IMG/VR virus record: IMGVR_UViG_3300009686_000018
Span: 1-25,339 of that record
Direction: 5' to 3' (one strand)
Origin: a virus
Lineage: Duplodnaviria > Caudoviricetes
DNA: 25,339 nucleotides
Shown: positions 1 through 8,236 of the stretch, piece after piece
Layout of the letters: every line of letters starts with the position of its first letter
Numbering within the stretch: position 1 is the first letter of the stretch
Position numbers and translations under genes: made by a program
The notes under the pieces: generated by a model
Told to the model about the DNA's origin: nothing
Database searches by the model: none
What the model saw: only the letters and a program-made list of their open reading frames with translations

Positions 1-63
1 GCTTGACTTAAATGTTATACCATTTTTATTAGTATATTTTGTTACACTTTTTGGCATTGACAT
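1..63 (-). CDS. 5' part of a phage neck/tail-completion protein (runs off the window)
   Basis: ATG at 63 overlaps the upstream stop (TAATG). Reads MSMPKSVTKYTNKNGITFKSS open to the window edge; position follows the head-closure gene. Confidence 0.6.
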   Translation of the reverse strand, partial: MSMPKSVTKYTNKNGITFKSS

Positions 64-362
64 TAAACCAACTCCCCACTACAAATGATTTCTATATTTT
101 CATTTCTTGAAGGAGCCGTATCTATGACAGTGTATTTTACGCCATTGTACTCTATTCTTTTTTCATAATTATAGTCAATTTTTTTAACTTCAAGTGAAAT
201 ATTAGGTTTTAAACCATTGGATAAAGCTTGTTCAAAAGCTTTTGTTCTATATGCTAATTCATTTACGCATATTTGATTTTTAATTTCTACTTGAATGGTA
301 TCTCCACCCTCGTCAACTGTATTAGTAATTGTAATAATATTTGCTATATCTCGCCAATACAT
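63..362 (-). CDS. head closure / head-tail adaptor protein (SPP1 gp16-like)
   Basis: 99 aa with GLKP...YNYEKRIEYNGVKYTVID..R...IEI.C pattern; directly after the connector gene. Confidence 0.7.
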   Translation of the reverse strand: MYWRDIANIITITNTVDEGGDTIQVEIKNQICVNELAYRTKAFEQALSNGLKPNISLEVKKIDYNYEKRIEYNGVKYTVIDTAPSRNENIEIICSGELV

Positions 363-661
363 TAAATCACCACCGTTATTATTTGATAATCAATTGACAA
401 TGCTAAATGGTAGTTAAGTGCTTGATAACTTTTAATAAATTTTTCAGCATCTGGATTATCGTACCCAAAATGGCCTTTACAATATAGAATTATAGCTCTT
501 TTGATTAACGAATCCATTCCTCCTAATTCTGTAACTTTGTTAATATTTATCCCTGATATTTTTAAATCAGATTTTGCAGATTCTATCAAGTCCATAACTT
601 CTAAATCTATTGCTGTGTTTGATATCCTTAGCACAAGTTTTATTTCTTCCAATAAAGCCAT
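362..661 (-). CDS. head-tail connector protein (HK97 gp6 / SPP1 gp15-like)
   Basis: LLEEIKLVLRIS...D.EV.DLIESAKSDL...LIKRAIILYCKGHFGYDNPDA; SD GAGGTG; follows the capsid gene. Confidence 0.85.
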   Translation of the reverse strand: MALLEEIKLVLRISNTAIDLEVMDLIESAKSDLKISGININKVTELGGMDSLIKRAIILYCKGHFGYDNPDAEKFIKSYQALNYHLALSIDYQIITVVI

Positions 662-678
662 TTAATCACCTCAATTTT

Positions 679-705
679 AAAATAGGAGTGGCACAATGCC
701 ACTCC
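679..705 (-). terminator. intrinsic terminator/attenuator after the major capsid gene
   Basis: Perfect 9-bp stem GGAGTGGCA-TTG-TGCCACTCC (685-705) followed by TATTTT on the minus strand. Confidence 0.7.
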
Positions 706-713
706 CCTTAATA

Positions 714-1937
714 TTAAGCAAATTTCTTAGTGATAGTAACTAAGCTGTTTTTGTCAACAACTTTGCCATCTACTAACATAATTGCTTTTGTTATTTGATC
801 ATCTGTAATATTGTCTTCATATCTTTTGATAGTTACATTATAATTAGTGTTAAGTACGTAATCCTTAAAATTAAACAGGAATGCAACAACAGTATCGGCT
901 GCTATAACTGCTCCTAAACTAGTCATATAATCATTTAATACAACAGTTCTTCCAAGTAGCGTTCTTTCAGGTCTGCCGTTAATTCCATAATTTACTCTAG
1001 CAATTGGTTGTTTTTGTAAATCTACCATTCCGATAAATTTCATAAATGTTTTTTTAGTCATGCCCCAAACAGCATCAGATTCATATGCAAGTGGTAGAGC
1101 GGCTTCGGCATCAACTAGCGTATTGTAAGTAGGTTCTACAGCTACTGCTATATTTACATTTTGTCCTACAATTACTGTTTCTACAAGGATACCTTTTGGT
1201 TGTCCTATACCTGTTCCGCTAATGATAGCTTGCTCTAATGTTTTTGTCATTGCTTCAGCAATATTATTAATTATAGCAGTTTCAAACACTCCTAAAGTAA
1301 CAATGCTAGTCTCAAAAGATACTGAAACGGCACATCTTAATTTAAAATAAGTAAATACTATAGTTCCAGTAGTCTTTTCTTGTTTATCACTTGTAGCGCC
1401 TTCTGCTACCCATGTGGCAACTGGCTTAACTGTCGATGTCGGAATTGCCAAACCACCCTTATATGATGTTTTTGTTACAAGTGGAAGAATCATTCCAGTT
1501 GATTCCATTTTTTCAATTATTTTTTCTAACACTGTCGTAGGAATTACAGAACCTACTTCACTTGTAGTTGTATTAGCATCTACGTTTAAAAACTTTTCTG
1601 GAATTGCAGTGCCTTTTACTACATTGTTCATAAATGCTTTTCTATATTCTACTGAATTATAAACATCTAAATCATTTACAACTGTGATGTTTTCAAATTT
1701 ATCTATAACCGTGCCCTCCATTGATATATTTCCTAATTCAGTAACAATTACTGATTTAGGTTCATTGCTCATTGCGTTTAAATTAGCTTGTGCTTTTGTG
1801 ATATCATTCCATTGTCCATCAAGTGTTTCAACATCTTTTAGTTTTGCATTTGCTTCCTCAACTTTTCCTCCGTTAATTAAAACTTGTGCTTCATTCATTA
1901 AACCTAGTCTTTTAGCCATGTATTCTTGTTTATTCAT
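714..1937 (-). CDS. major capsid protein, HK97 fold, with N-terminal coiled-coil scaffold (delta) domain
   Basis: EYRKAF..., VIPTT, ATWVAEG, AIISGTGIGQPKGIL, TLLGRTVV motifs; after the protease gene. Confidence 0.95.
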   Translation of the reverse strand: MNKQEYMAKRLGLMNEAQVLINGGKVEEANAKLKDVETLDGQWNDITKAQANLNAMSNEPKSVIVTELGNISMEGTVIDKFENITVVNDLDVYNSVEYRKAFMNNVVKGTAIPEKFLNVDANTTTSEVGSVIPTTVLEKIIEKMESTGMILPLVTKTSYKGGLAIPTSTVKPVATWVAEGATSDKQEKTTGTIVFTYFKLRCAVSVSFETSIVTLGVFETAIINNIAEAMTKTLEQAIISGTGIGQPKGILVETVIVGQNVNIAVAVEPTYNTLVDAEAALPLAYESDAVWGMTKKTFMKFIGMVDLQKQPIARVNYGINGRPERTLLGRTVVLNDYMTSLGAVIAADTVVAFLFNFKDYVLNTNYNVTIKRYEDNITDDQITKAIMLVDGKVVDKNSLVTITKKFA

Positions 1938-2637
1938 TTATTTCTCCCTTCAATTTTAATAGATTTAGTTGTGCTTTTGTTTTTTGCATTAAAAAATCCG
2001 CTTCATTGTTATTTACAATGTTCGGATTCTTGATTGTACTTCTTATTTTTTCTATAGCAGCATATGGTATTCCGTTAGAGCTATTAAAAAACCCTTTTAA
2101 TGTTTGATTTTTAGTATCAAACATTACTTCGTCAACAAATTTATTCTTAACAGCATCTTCGGCTGACATCCAAGTTTCGTTATCCATTAATTTTAAAAGT
2201 TCCTTGTCAGTCATGCCTGTTTTTTCTTTATAAGCATTCGCTATAGATTGATTAGCGGTTTTTAAAACATTTGCGCTATGCTCCATGTCTCTATAGTCAC
2301 CGTGAGTACCGCTAGATACATTATGAATCATAAATAAACCTGTAGGAGTTATTTTGCTTTTAGCTGCCATAGATATTACGCTTGCAGCACTAGCGGCCAA
2401 GCCAACAATGCTAATTTCTACATTTCCATTATAGTTTCTGAGCGCTGTGTATATTTCAGAGCCTGCAAATATATCACCGCCTCCACTATTTATATCCACC
2501 TCTATATCTTCACCGCTAGCCTCGTTAAGTGACTTACTTACATCTTTTGGACTTGTAGTTTCTATTCCTAGCCAGTCATAAATCCATTTGTCACCACTGG
2601 ATACTATATCTCCCCTAATACTAATTTTCTTTGCCGT
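1930..2637 (-). CDS. prohead maturation protease, ClpP-like (S14); start probably ACG at 2637 (ORF track uses TTG at 2655)
   Basis: INSGGGD, GLAASAASVI (catalytic Ser), FMIHN (His), ETWMSAEDAV. SD AAAGGAGGTGA with GGAGG 7 nt before ACG-GCA-AAG. Confidence 0.9.
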   Translation of the reverse strand, partial: TAKKISIRGDIVSSGDKWIYDWLGIETTSPKDVSKSLNEASGEDIEVDINSGGGDIFAGSEIYTALRNYNGNVEISIVGLAASAASVISMAAKSKITPTGLFMIHNVSSGTHGDYRDMEHSANVLKTANQSIANAYKEKTGMTDKELLKLMDNETWMSAEDAVKNKFVDEVMFDTKNQTLKGFFNSSNGIPYAAIEKIRSTIKNPNIVNNNEADFLMQKTKAQLNLLKLKGEINE

Positions 2638-2657
2638 ATTCTCACCTCCTTTCAACT

Positions 2658-4169
2658 TTATATGTCATCAACATTTAATGCTTTATCGTCTAGATATATA
2701 TCTGCGGAAATTTTCCTAGTATCGCTTCCATATTCGCTGATAATGTCTTCTAGATTTTCATTTATTCCATCAAACTCAATGCCTTTTTCAGCGCACCAGT
2801 CAACTGCTTCTTGCAACAAATCGTCTGCTCTGCATGTCCACAAGATTATTCTGTTCCCATCTTCTTTTAATTTCTTAACATAGGCTGTAACATTTGTTTT
2901 TTCCCATCCTATTTTAGGATACAAATTATTACAAAGAGTTCCATCAAAATCAACTGCATATACTTTAGATTTTTTGCTATTACTCTTATTTCTAAAAGCA
3001 TTTGCTTTGTTTTTTGGCTCTGACGTTGGTCTGGTATCCAATCGCCTTACATATTCATCACCACCATCTCTAGGAGCATAGTTCATGATTTCTCTTACTT
3101 CATTTGGATTAAATATTCCTAACTCAACGAAAGATGATAATCCTAACTTCGTGGCCATACTTGCAAAAGTTAAACTTGAACTTTCAAATACTATTTTATT
3201 TCCAAATCCTCTCTCCCTTCTTGTAAATAATTTTCTAGTGTATTCGCTGGCCATTTGCATTGCATCAGGTTCTATTCTAGCTTCGTAATAACTAATCCAT
3301 TCATCTTCATTGTAGCTTGACTGTACTATTTTTTTATTTGTGTTAAAAAACGAATAAATTCTTTCAGTCGTACGATCTGTTTGTGCTGCATTAGGTACAA
3401 AGTCTTTAGGTTCTATTCTTGTTGCCGTTGCTTTTGCATCAGTACCAGCTGCTCCAAATGTTTCAGTTTCTACACTTAAATAATTATCAGTAAATTCCTT
3501 TACGTTTTTCTTTAAGTCTTCTGGCCTTAACGAAGTATTGTATTGCAACAACCATCTGATTATTCCGCTGTTTTTAATTGCTTTAATCGTGCCTTGGTCT
3601 ATTATACTAACTACATTCATTAGGCTTGTTAATGCTAATCCTGGTGGCTCTCCAAAGATATCATTACTATTATAATCATCCCTAAGATGTATTACTTCCG
3701 TGTATGGAAATGTCGCCGTTTTTCCGTTTTGAAAATAAAACTTTAGAAATAAATCTCCTGTCTGATTGTAAATTGCTTCAGCAGTCATACAAGGTATTGG
3801 ATATAATTCAACCGGATAACCGTTATCATCTTTTATAATCAAAATAAAAGCATTATTATTTAAAGCAAGCTGGCTTGTGACTTTTTCTTGTAACATTTGT
3901 CCCGACATGTATGGATTAGGGTCTTCTAACAAAAATCTTATATAGGGTTCTGGATTAGTCTTAATTCCCATCGCATCATTGCGTATATGTTTAGGAATTA
4001 ACTTCCCTATGGCTTTTGTTCTAGGTCTAATGCAGGCTCTTACTATATCGCTTTCATATAGTTTGCCATTCCAGGCATAAAAGCCGTTGCCTTTATCAGT
4101 TATCATTTTATATCTTGCTACCGAAGTTATATTATTAAATGCATTTTTGAAATTATTCAATATTCCCAA
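2658..4169 (-). CDS. HK97-family portal protein fused to a C-terminal HAD-superfamily phosphatase domain
   Basis: Portal motifs (PNPYMSG, NNNAF, VIHLRDD...DIFG, PNEVRE...GGD...RRLDT), then a basic linker and AVDFDGTL / WTCR / RK..AD.YLDDKA; no stop between the two parts. Confidence 0.92.
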   Translation of the reverse strand: MGILNNFKNAFNNITSVARYKMITDKGNGFYAWNGKLYESDIVRACIRPRTKAIGKLIPKHIRNDAMGIKTNPEPYIRFLLEDPNPYMSGQMLQEKVTSQLALNNNAFILIIKDDNGYPVELYPIPCMTAEAIYNQTGDLFLKFYFQNGKTATFPYTEVIHLRDDYNSNDIFGEPPGLALTSLMNVVSIIDQGTIKAIKNSGIIRWLLQYNTSLRPEDLKKNVKEFTDNYLSVETETFGAAGTDAKATATRIEPKDFVPNAAQTDRTTERIYSFFNTNKKIVQSSYNEDEWISYYEARIEPDAMQMASEYTRKLFTRRERGFGNKIVFESSSLTFASMATKLGLSSFVELGIFNPNEVREIMNYAPRDGGDEYVRRLDTRPTSEPKNKANAFRNKSNSKKSKVYAVDFDGTLCNNLYPKIGWEKTNVTAYVKKLKEDGNRIILWTCRADDLLQEAVDWCAEKGIEFDGINENLEDIISEYGSDTRKISADIYLDDKALNVDDI

Positions 4170-4187
4170 TTTATATTCTCACCTCCC

Positions 4188-5870
4188 TTAGATGATATTC
4201 ATATAGTCTTCATAATTTCTTTCCAGCACAACATAAGCATCTAGCAAACTTGCTAATCCGTCTATGCGTTTCCTTGGCTTACTTGTTTTAACAGGCTGGA
4301 TATTATCGTTTTTATCTATTTCAACTGCTGTATTTGATAAACACCATTTTAATATTGGATTGTTATTATAATTAACTTTTTTAGCATCCAGGTCAGCGCC
4401 TAAATTTTTCATAGGACCAGATAAAGTTTTTTTACCCTGAATTACTGCTTCCATGCTTTCCTTGCCAAAATAACCCCTCATTTCTTCTACATAATATTCA
4501 GCGCTCCATCCATCGTATCCATGATGTGGAATATAAATATCCTTTTCATTTTGTACTTCTAAAAACCATTGAGCCACATATTTATAATGTACCTTGTTTC
4601 CTGGTGTTGTTCTTAACCAACCTTGATCTCTCCAAATATCATAAGGGATTTTATCTTCTCTTACTCTTAACTCCAACAAATCTTCTGGTAACCAATACAT
4701 TTGCATTACATATACAGTTTCATCTCCCGGTACTTTAAATATTACCGTTCCGCATGTTAAATCCGTGGTTGATGCTAAGTCGGAACCACCTATTCCATAG
4801 CGTGGCTTTAGTAATTCTAAGTTATAAGTAGCTGGATTGTTTAGTTGTTCAAATGTTAGCCACGATTCGGAACTTGTTTCTCTTATGTTGAACTCTTTAC
4901 ATACTAGATTCTTTACTAATAGTGGGTTTTCTTTGGCTTTGTTTACTTTTGCGGATAAAGTTTTAAGGTTTTTTATAGTTCCTAAGCCTGGATTAGCTTT
5001 TTTCCACATTTTTTCATCTGTCCACTCTTTCCTGCTATCCAACTCATAAATAAAAGCTATAAATCTTTCATCTTTATAACCATTATCATCAAAATATCCA
5101 TTTATAACTCTCTCGGCTTCATCATACTTTAAATCATATATATCTTCTCTAATAGTACCTGCTGTAGATGTTATAAATACAAGTGGCTGCTCTCTAGCTC
5201 CCACTCCATCAGCTATAATATCATACAAAGCCTTTCCGTTCTTCCATTGGTGTATTTCATCCATTAGGGCACCGTGGATATTGAGACCGTCCAATGTATC
5301 GGAATCACTTGCTAGTGGTTTATAAATTCCATCATTAAAGTCACTCACTAATTCAGCTACAAGAGACTTTATTCTCTTCCTCAGAGTTGGTGATTTTCTT
5401 ACCATTCTTTTAGCTTCTAACCAAATTATTTTAGCTTGGTCTCGTTTGGATGCAACTGCATATATTTCCGGACCTGCTTCATTATCTCCAACTTGCAGGT
5501 ATAACCCAACACAAGATGCAAGCAATGATTTGCCATTTTTTTTACCTACAATTAAAACTGATTCTCTGTATTGTCTATTACCCTCAATATCAATAAATCC
5601 AAAGATTATCGCAAGTAAAGCTTTTTCCCATAGTTCAAGTATGACTGGTTTACCGCCCATCTTACCCTTGGAGTGCCTGCAAAAGTTTTCTATAAACTCA
5701 ATTATATGATTTGCTCTTGCGTGGCTAAAAAAAAATTCACTATTATTAGTGAGATCATAATTTACTTTTTTATATGTTTTATATATTTTCCTTGGTACAA
5801 TTTCTTGACCACTTTCTATTAAATGCCAATATTCAGATATAGGATTATAGTCAGCAGGATATTTAATCAT
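4188..5870 (-). CDS. terL: terminase large subunit (Terminase_1 type)
   Basis: GKKNGKS Walker A, ALMDE Walker B, ITSTAG, nuclease-domain GSDLA and RIDG. ATG at 5870 overlaps the terS end (track starts at GTG 5879). Confidence 0.95.
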   Translation of the reverse strand: MIKYPADYNPISEYWHLIESGQEIVPRKIYKTYKKVNYDLTNNSEFFFSHARANHIIEFIENFCRHSKGKMGGKPVILELWEKALLAIIFGFIDIEGNRQYRESVLIVGKKNGKSLLASCVGLYLQVGDNEAGPEIYAVASKRDQAKIIWLEAKRMVRKSPTLRKRIKSLVAELVSDFNDGIYKPLASDSDTLDGLNIHGALMDEIHQWKNGKALYDIIADGVGAREQPLVFITSTAGTIREDIYDLKYDEAERVINGYFDDNGYKDERFIAFIYELDSRKEWTDEKMWKKANPGLGTIKNLKTLSAKVNKAKENPLLVKNLVCKEFNIRETSSESWLTFEQLNNPATYNLELLKPRYGIGGSDLASTTDLTCGTVIFKVPGDETVYVMQMYWLPEDLLELRVREDKIPYDIWRDQGWLRTTPGNKVHYKYVAQWFLEVQNEKDIYIPHHGYDGWSAEYYVEEMRGYFGKESMEAVIQGKKTLSGPMKNLGADLDAKKVNYNNNPILKWCLSNTAVEIDKNDNIQPVKTSKPRKRIDGLASLLDAYVVLERNYEDYMNII

Positions 5871-6240
5871 CTCGTCCACTCACGAATGAATCAAAACCAT
5901 CATCTTCTGATTTATCCTTCTTTGGAATTAAATCGGTCAAGGTTTTCATGATAGACACATGATTTTTTATCATAGTATTATATATTTCGACTTCTGGGGA
6001 TTTTTTTGTGCCCCATTGATTCTCTCCATTCTGATACTCTGTTACAGTTCCCTCAGTATTTATTGTTTCTTGAAGGTCATTTAAGGTTACAGCCATAAAA
6101 GCAGCGTTATTGATAAGCGAAGAAACAGTATCTAATGTTTTCTTGTCTAAGTCTTTAAATGAACGTTTAAGTTTTAATATCTCTTTCTTTGTTCTTGCAT
6201 CTTTGTCTTTGTTCTGCAATGTCTGAAGTTCTTGGCTCAT
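5863..6240 (-). CDS. terS: terminase small subunit (P27-like)
   Basis: LI.NAAFM...L..LQE.IN.EG...EYQNGENQWG.K.SP...YNTMIKN; SD GAGGTG before ATG 6240; immediately upstream of terL. Confidence 0.85.
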   Translation of the reverse strand: MSQELQTLQNKDKDARTKKEILKLKRSFKDLDKKTLDTVSSLINNAAFMAVTLNDLQETINTEGTVTEYQNGENQWGTKKSPEVEIYNTMIKNHVSIMKTLTDLIPKKDKSEDDGFDSFVSGRDD

Positions 6241-6259
6241 CTTTATCACCTCTCTTTAT

Positions 6260-6357
6260 GACTACACCCCCTATATAAATGACTTGTGTGTTTTTTGGAA
6301 GTTTCCCAACGGTATTAGCGTTTATATATATATCATATTTTTATGGGGGGTGTAGCC
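6260..6357. other. putative cos/packaging initiation region
   Basis: Non-coding gap between HNH and terS, bounded by the inverted repeat CTACACCCCC (6262-6271) / GGGGGTGTAG (6346-6355). This is the usual cos position in HNH-assisted cos phages. Confidence 0.55.
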
Positions 6358-6389
6358 GTTCCAATCACTCATTTATAAAAGATACATAA

Positions 6390-7104
6390 CTACAATTCAA
6401 CTTCATCAAAGTATTTATTGATAATATATTGCTGCAACTCTTTATCTTCTCTTGTATTATCTCTCGTACTTCTTCTTATGCATTCTTCTTTGTCCGTGTC
6501 AATATGTATTAGCTCTGCCTTTAATCTTCTTGATAGTTCACTTCGTTGTGACCTAGTTGGTAGCATACATATAATCCACGCTCTATCATAATGATGTACT
6601 CGTTGTTCTATAAGATCATATATAAGTTCTCTTATGTCTAATGCAAATGCAATTGTATCTTTGCTGTCTTCTCCTAATGATAATGCTGACCTAATATAAT
6701 CTAAGTCAACTACTATATCATGCTGGCCTTTATTCTCTTTTACATAGCTTGTCTTACCGCTTGCTGGCGCACCCCATACAATAAATGTATTCTTATTCTC
6801 TATTATATTTCCATCACTATTAAACATCAATCCCTCTCTTATTGTTGCTAAATTCTTTCCAAATGTTTTTCTGTTATGGCAGTCCAAACAAAGGTATTGA
6901 AAGTTCTCATTGCTCAATGTTACATCAGGATTATTTATATTGTCAGGTGTTATTTCTTTTTTATGGTCCACTATATAACCTAACCGCTCTTTGCACTGTT
7001 GGCACATACCGCCATCAATAGATACTCTATCTGCTATAAAGGATTGTCTGCATAACTTCCATGTCTTGCTATTATAAAACTTCTTCGCAAAAGGGACGTG
7101 CCAT
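6390..7104 (-). CDS. terminase-associated HNH endonuclease fused to a P-loop kinase/ATPase (AAA_33-like); start frame ambiguous
   Basis: FYNSKTW...CQQC...IVDH...N...LCLDCHN, then FIVWGAPASGKT, DLD, EECIRR..RD. The best SD points to ATG 7104, one base out of frame with the body (see findings). Confidence 0.85.
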
Positions 7105-7188
7105 AGCATCACCTCCTTATCTAATTGTCTAATTTTTAAACGTGCATTTTTAAACACGAAATGAGCTTGCTCCATCGCACCAGTACAA

Positions 7189-7389
7189 CTATATCTGTTT
7201 AATAACTCCGCCCTGTTTTTTATACTTCCTAGCTCTCATACATTCCTCTATGCCCTTGTACTCATCGTGCTCAAATTCTTCTGTTTCGCAACCTTTATAT
7301 CTATCGCAGGCAGGATTACCTACTTTGCATAAACATTTTAATTCTTTTCCGTTCCACCTTGTGTAACATTTGTATGTAATTCTGCTCAC
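7189..7389 (-). CDS. small Cys-rich hypothetical protein
   Basis: 66-aa ORF with GTG start, co-oriented, between the late promoter region and HNH. Confidence 0.5.
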   Translation of the reverse strand: MSRITYKCYTRWNGKELKCLCKVGNPACDRYKGCETEEFEHDEYKGIEECMRARKYKKQGGVIKQI

Positions 7390-7403
7390 CTACTTTTATA
7401 TTT

Positions 7404-7438
7404 AAAAAGCACCTATTATTTAAAATAGATGCTTTTTT
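7404..7438 (-). terminator. terminator-like hairpin downstream of the late activator
   Basis: Minus strand AAAAAAGCATCTATT-TTAAAT-AATAGGTGCTTTTT; fully paired with one G-U, A/T runs on both sides. Confidence 0.55.
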
Positions 7439-7478
7439 CTGGGGGTTCTTTAAATGAAACTCACTTCGTCAATTTCTG

Positions 7479-7530
7479 ATAATACCATTATAAATCATTT
7501 TGACCCCTCGAAACTACCATCTTTTTACCT
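7479..7530 (-). promoter_or_regulatory. putative late promoter (activator-dependent)
   Basis: TATAAT (7487-7492) and TGgTATTAT (7479-7487) with no good -35, directly 3' of the RinA-like gene, where RinA-type targets normally lie. Confidence 0.5.
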
Positions 7531-7947
7531 TTATACCCTCCACCCTAAATATTCACCAACTAATTTAACAATTTCCCTACGCCACCTATAAAATGCGTTA
7601 TTGCCTATATGCAATTCGTTCATAATTCCTGTATCTGTATATCTGCGTTCAAAGTATTTCATCTGTAACATTCTCAGCTTCGTCTCGTTTTGTTGTAATA
7701 TAAACAACGTTTTGTCAATAGCTTTTATCCTACGCTCACACTCCATTATCGCCTTGCTGCTTATTAGCTTAACCGCTTTGTTTGCTGTTGTATCTCCCGT
7801 TGTTCCGCTTTGTACGCATACCTCTTGAAATGTACTGCCCTCTAGTATTTCCTCTTCTAGTTGTTCGAGTTCTTTTTTAGTTTCGTTGTAGCAATATAAT
7901 TCTGATTCAATTAATTTAAAATTTGATTTTTCTATTCTATTGCTCAT
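7531..7947 (-). CDS. RinA-family late transcriptional activator
   Basis: FKLIESELYCY.ETKKEL, GDTTANKAVKL, C-terminal sigma4-like HTH (ELHIGNNAFYRWR); last early gene before the packaging module. Confidence 0.85.
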   Translation of the reverse strand: MSNRIEKSNFKLIESELYCYNETKKELEQLEEEILEGSTFQEVCVQSGTTGDTTANKAVKLISSKAIMECERRIKAIDKTLFILQQNETKLRMLQMKYFERRYTDTGIMNELHIGNNAFYRWRREIVKLVGEYLGWRV

Positions 7948-8103
7948 TCATTTATCCTCCGATGTCTCTTCTTTTACTTCGTATGTAATAAATTTCTTTT
8001 CACATTTTAGGCACTTTCTTTTACGTTTTGTCTGTGTTCCATCTTCGGTTTCTCTACTGTCAATCACTACGGTAAAATAATTTTTACAAAATGGACATAT
8101 CAT
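7948..8103 (-). CDS. stand-alone NrdR-like N-terminal zinc ribbon (51 aa; not in ORF track)
   Basis: MICPFCKNYFTVVIDSRETEDGTQTKRKRKCLKCEKKFITYEVKEETSEDK; stop abuts the next ATG (TGAATG). Confidence 0.8.
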   Translation of the reverse strand: MICPFCKNYFTVVIDSRETEDGTQTKRKRKCLKCEKKFITYEVKEETSEDK

Positions 8104-8104
8104 A

Positions 8105-8236
8105 TTAATCACCGTCCTTTTTATCATAGTTATGTATTATCTTTATAGGTGTCCAAGAAAAGATGCACCAAGCTAATAAAAATGATAAGAATGGATGCTC
8201 TCCCATGAAATTTAGTATTAATTGTAGATTACTCAT
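8105..8236 (-). CDS. small putative membrane protein (43 aa; not in ORF track)
   Basis: MSNLQLILNFMGEHPFLSFLLAWCIFSWTPIKIIHNYDKKDGD; SD GGAGGT, ATGA overlap with upstream gene, fills the gap exactly. Confidence 0.6.
   Translation of the reverse strand: MSNLQLILNFMGEHPFLSFLLAWCIFSWTPIKIIHNYDKKDGD

Noticed and set aside
2637-4186. 13-bp direct repeat GGAGGTGAGAATA before the portal and protease genes as mobile-module ends
   Set aside because: Mostly the extended SD sequence; too little extra identity to support a claim.
7105-7175. N-terminal extension MEQAHFVF... of the HNH ORF
   Set aside because: Runs through the real SD (KEVM = AAGGAGGTGATG); no SD upstream of 7175.
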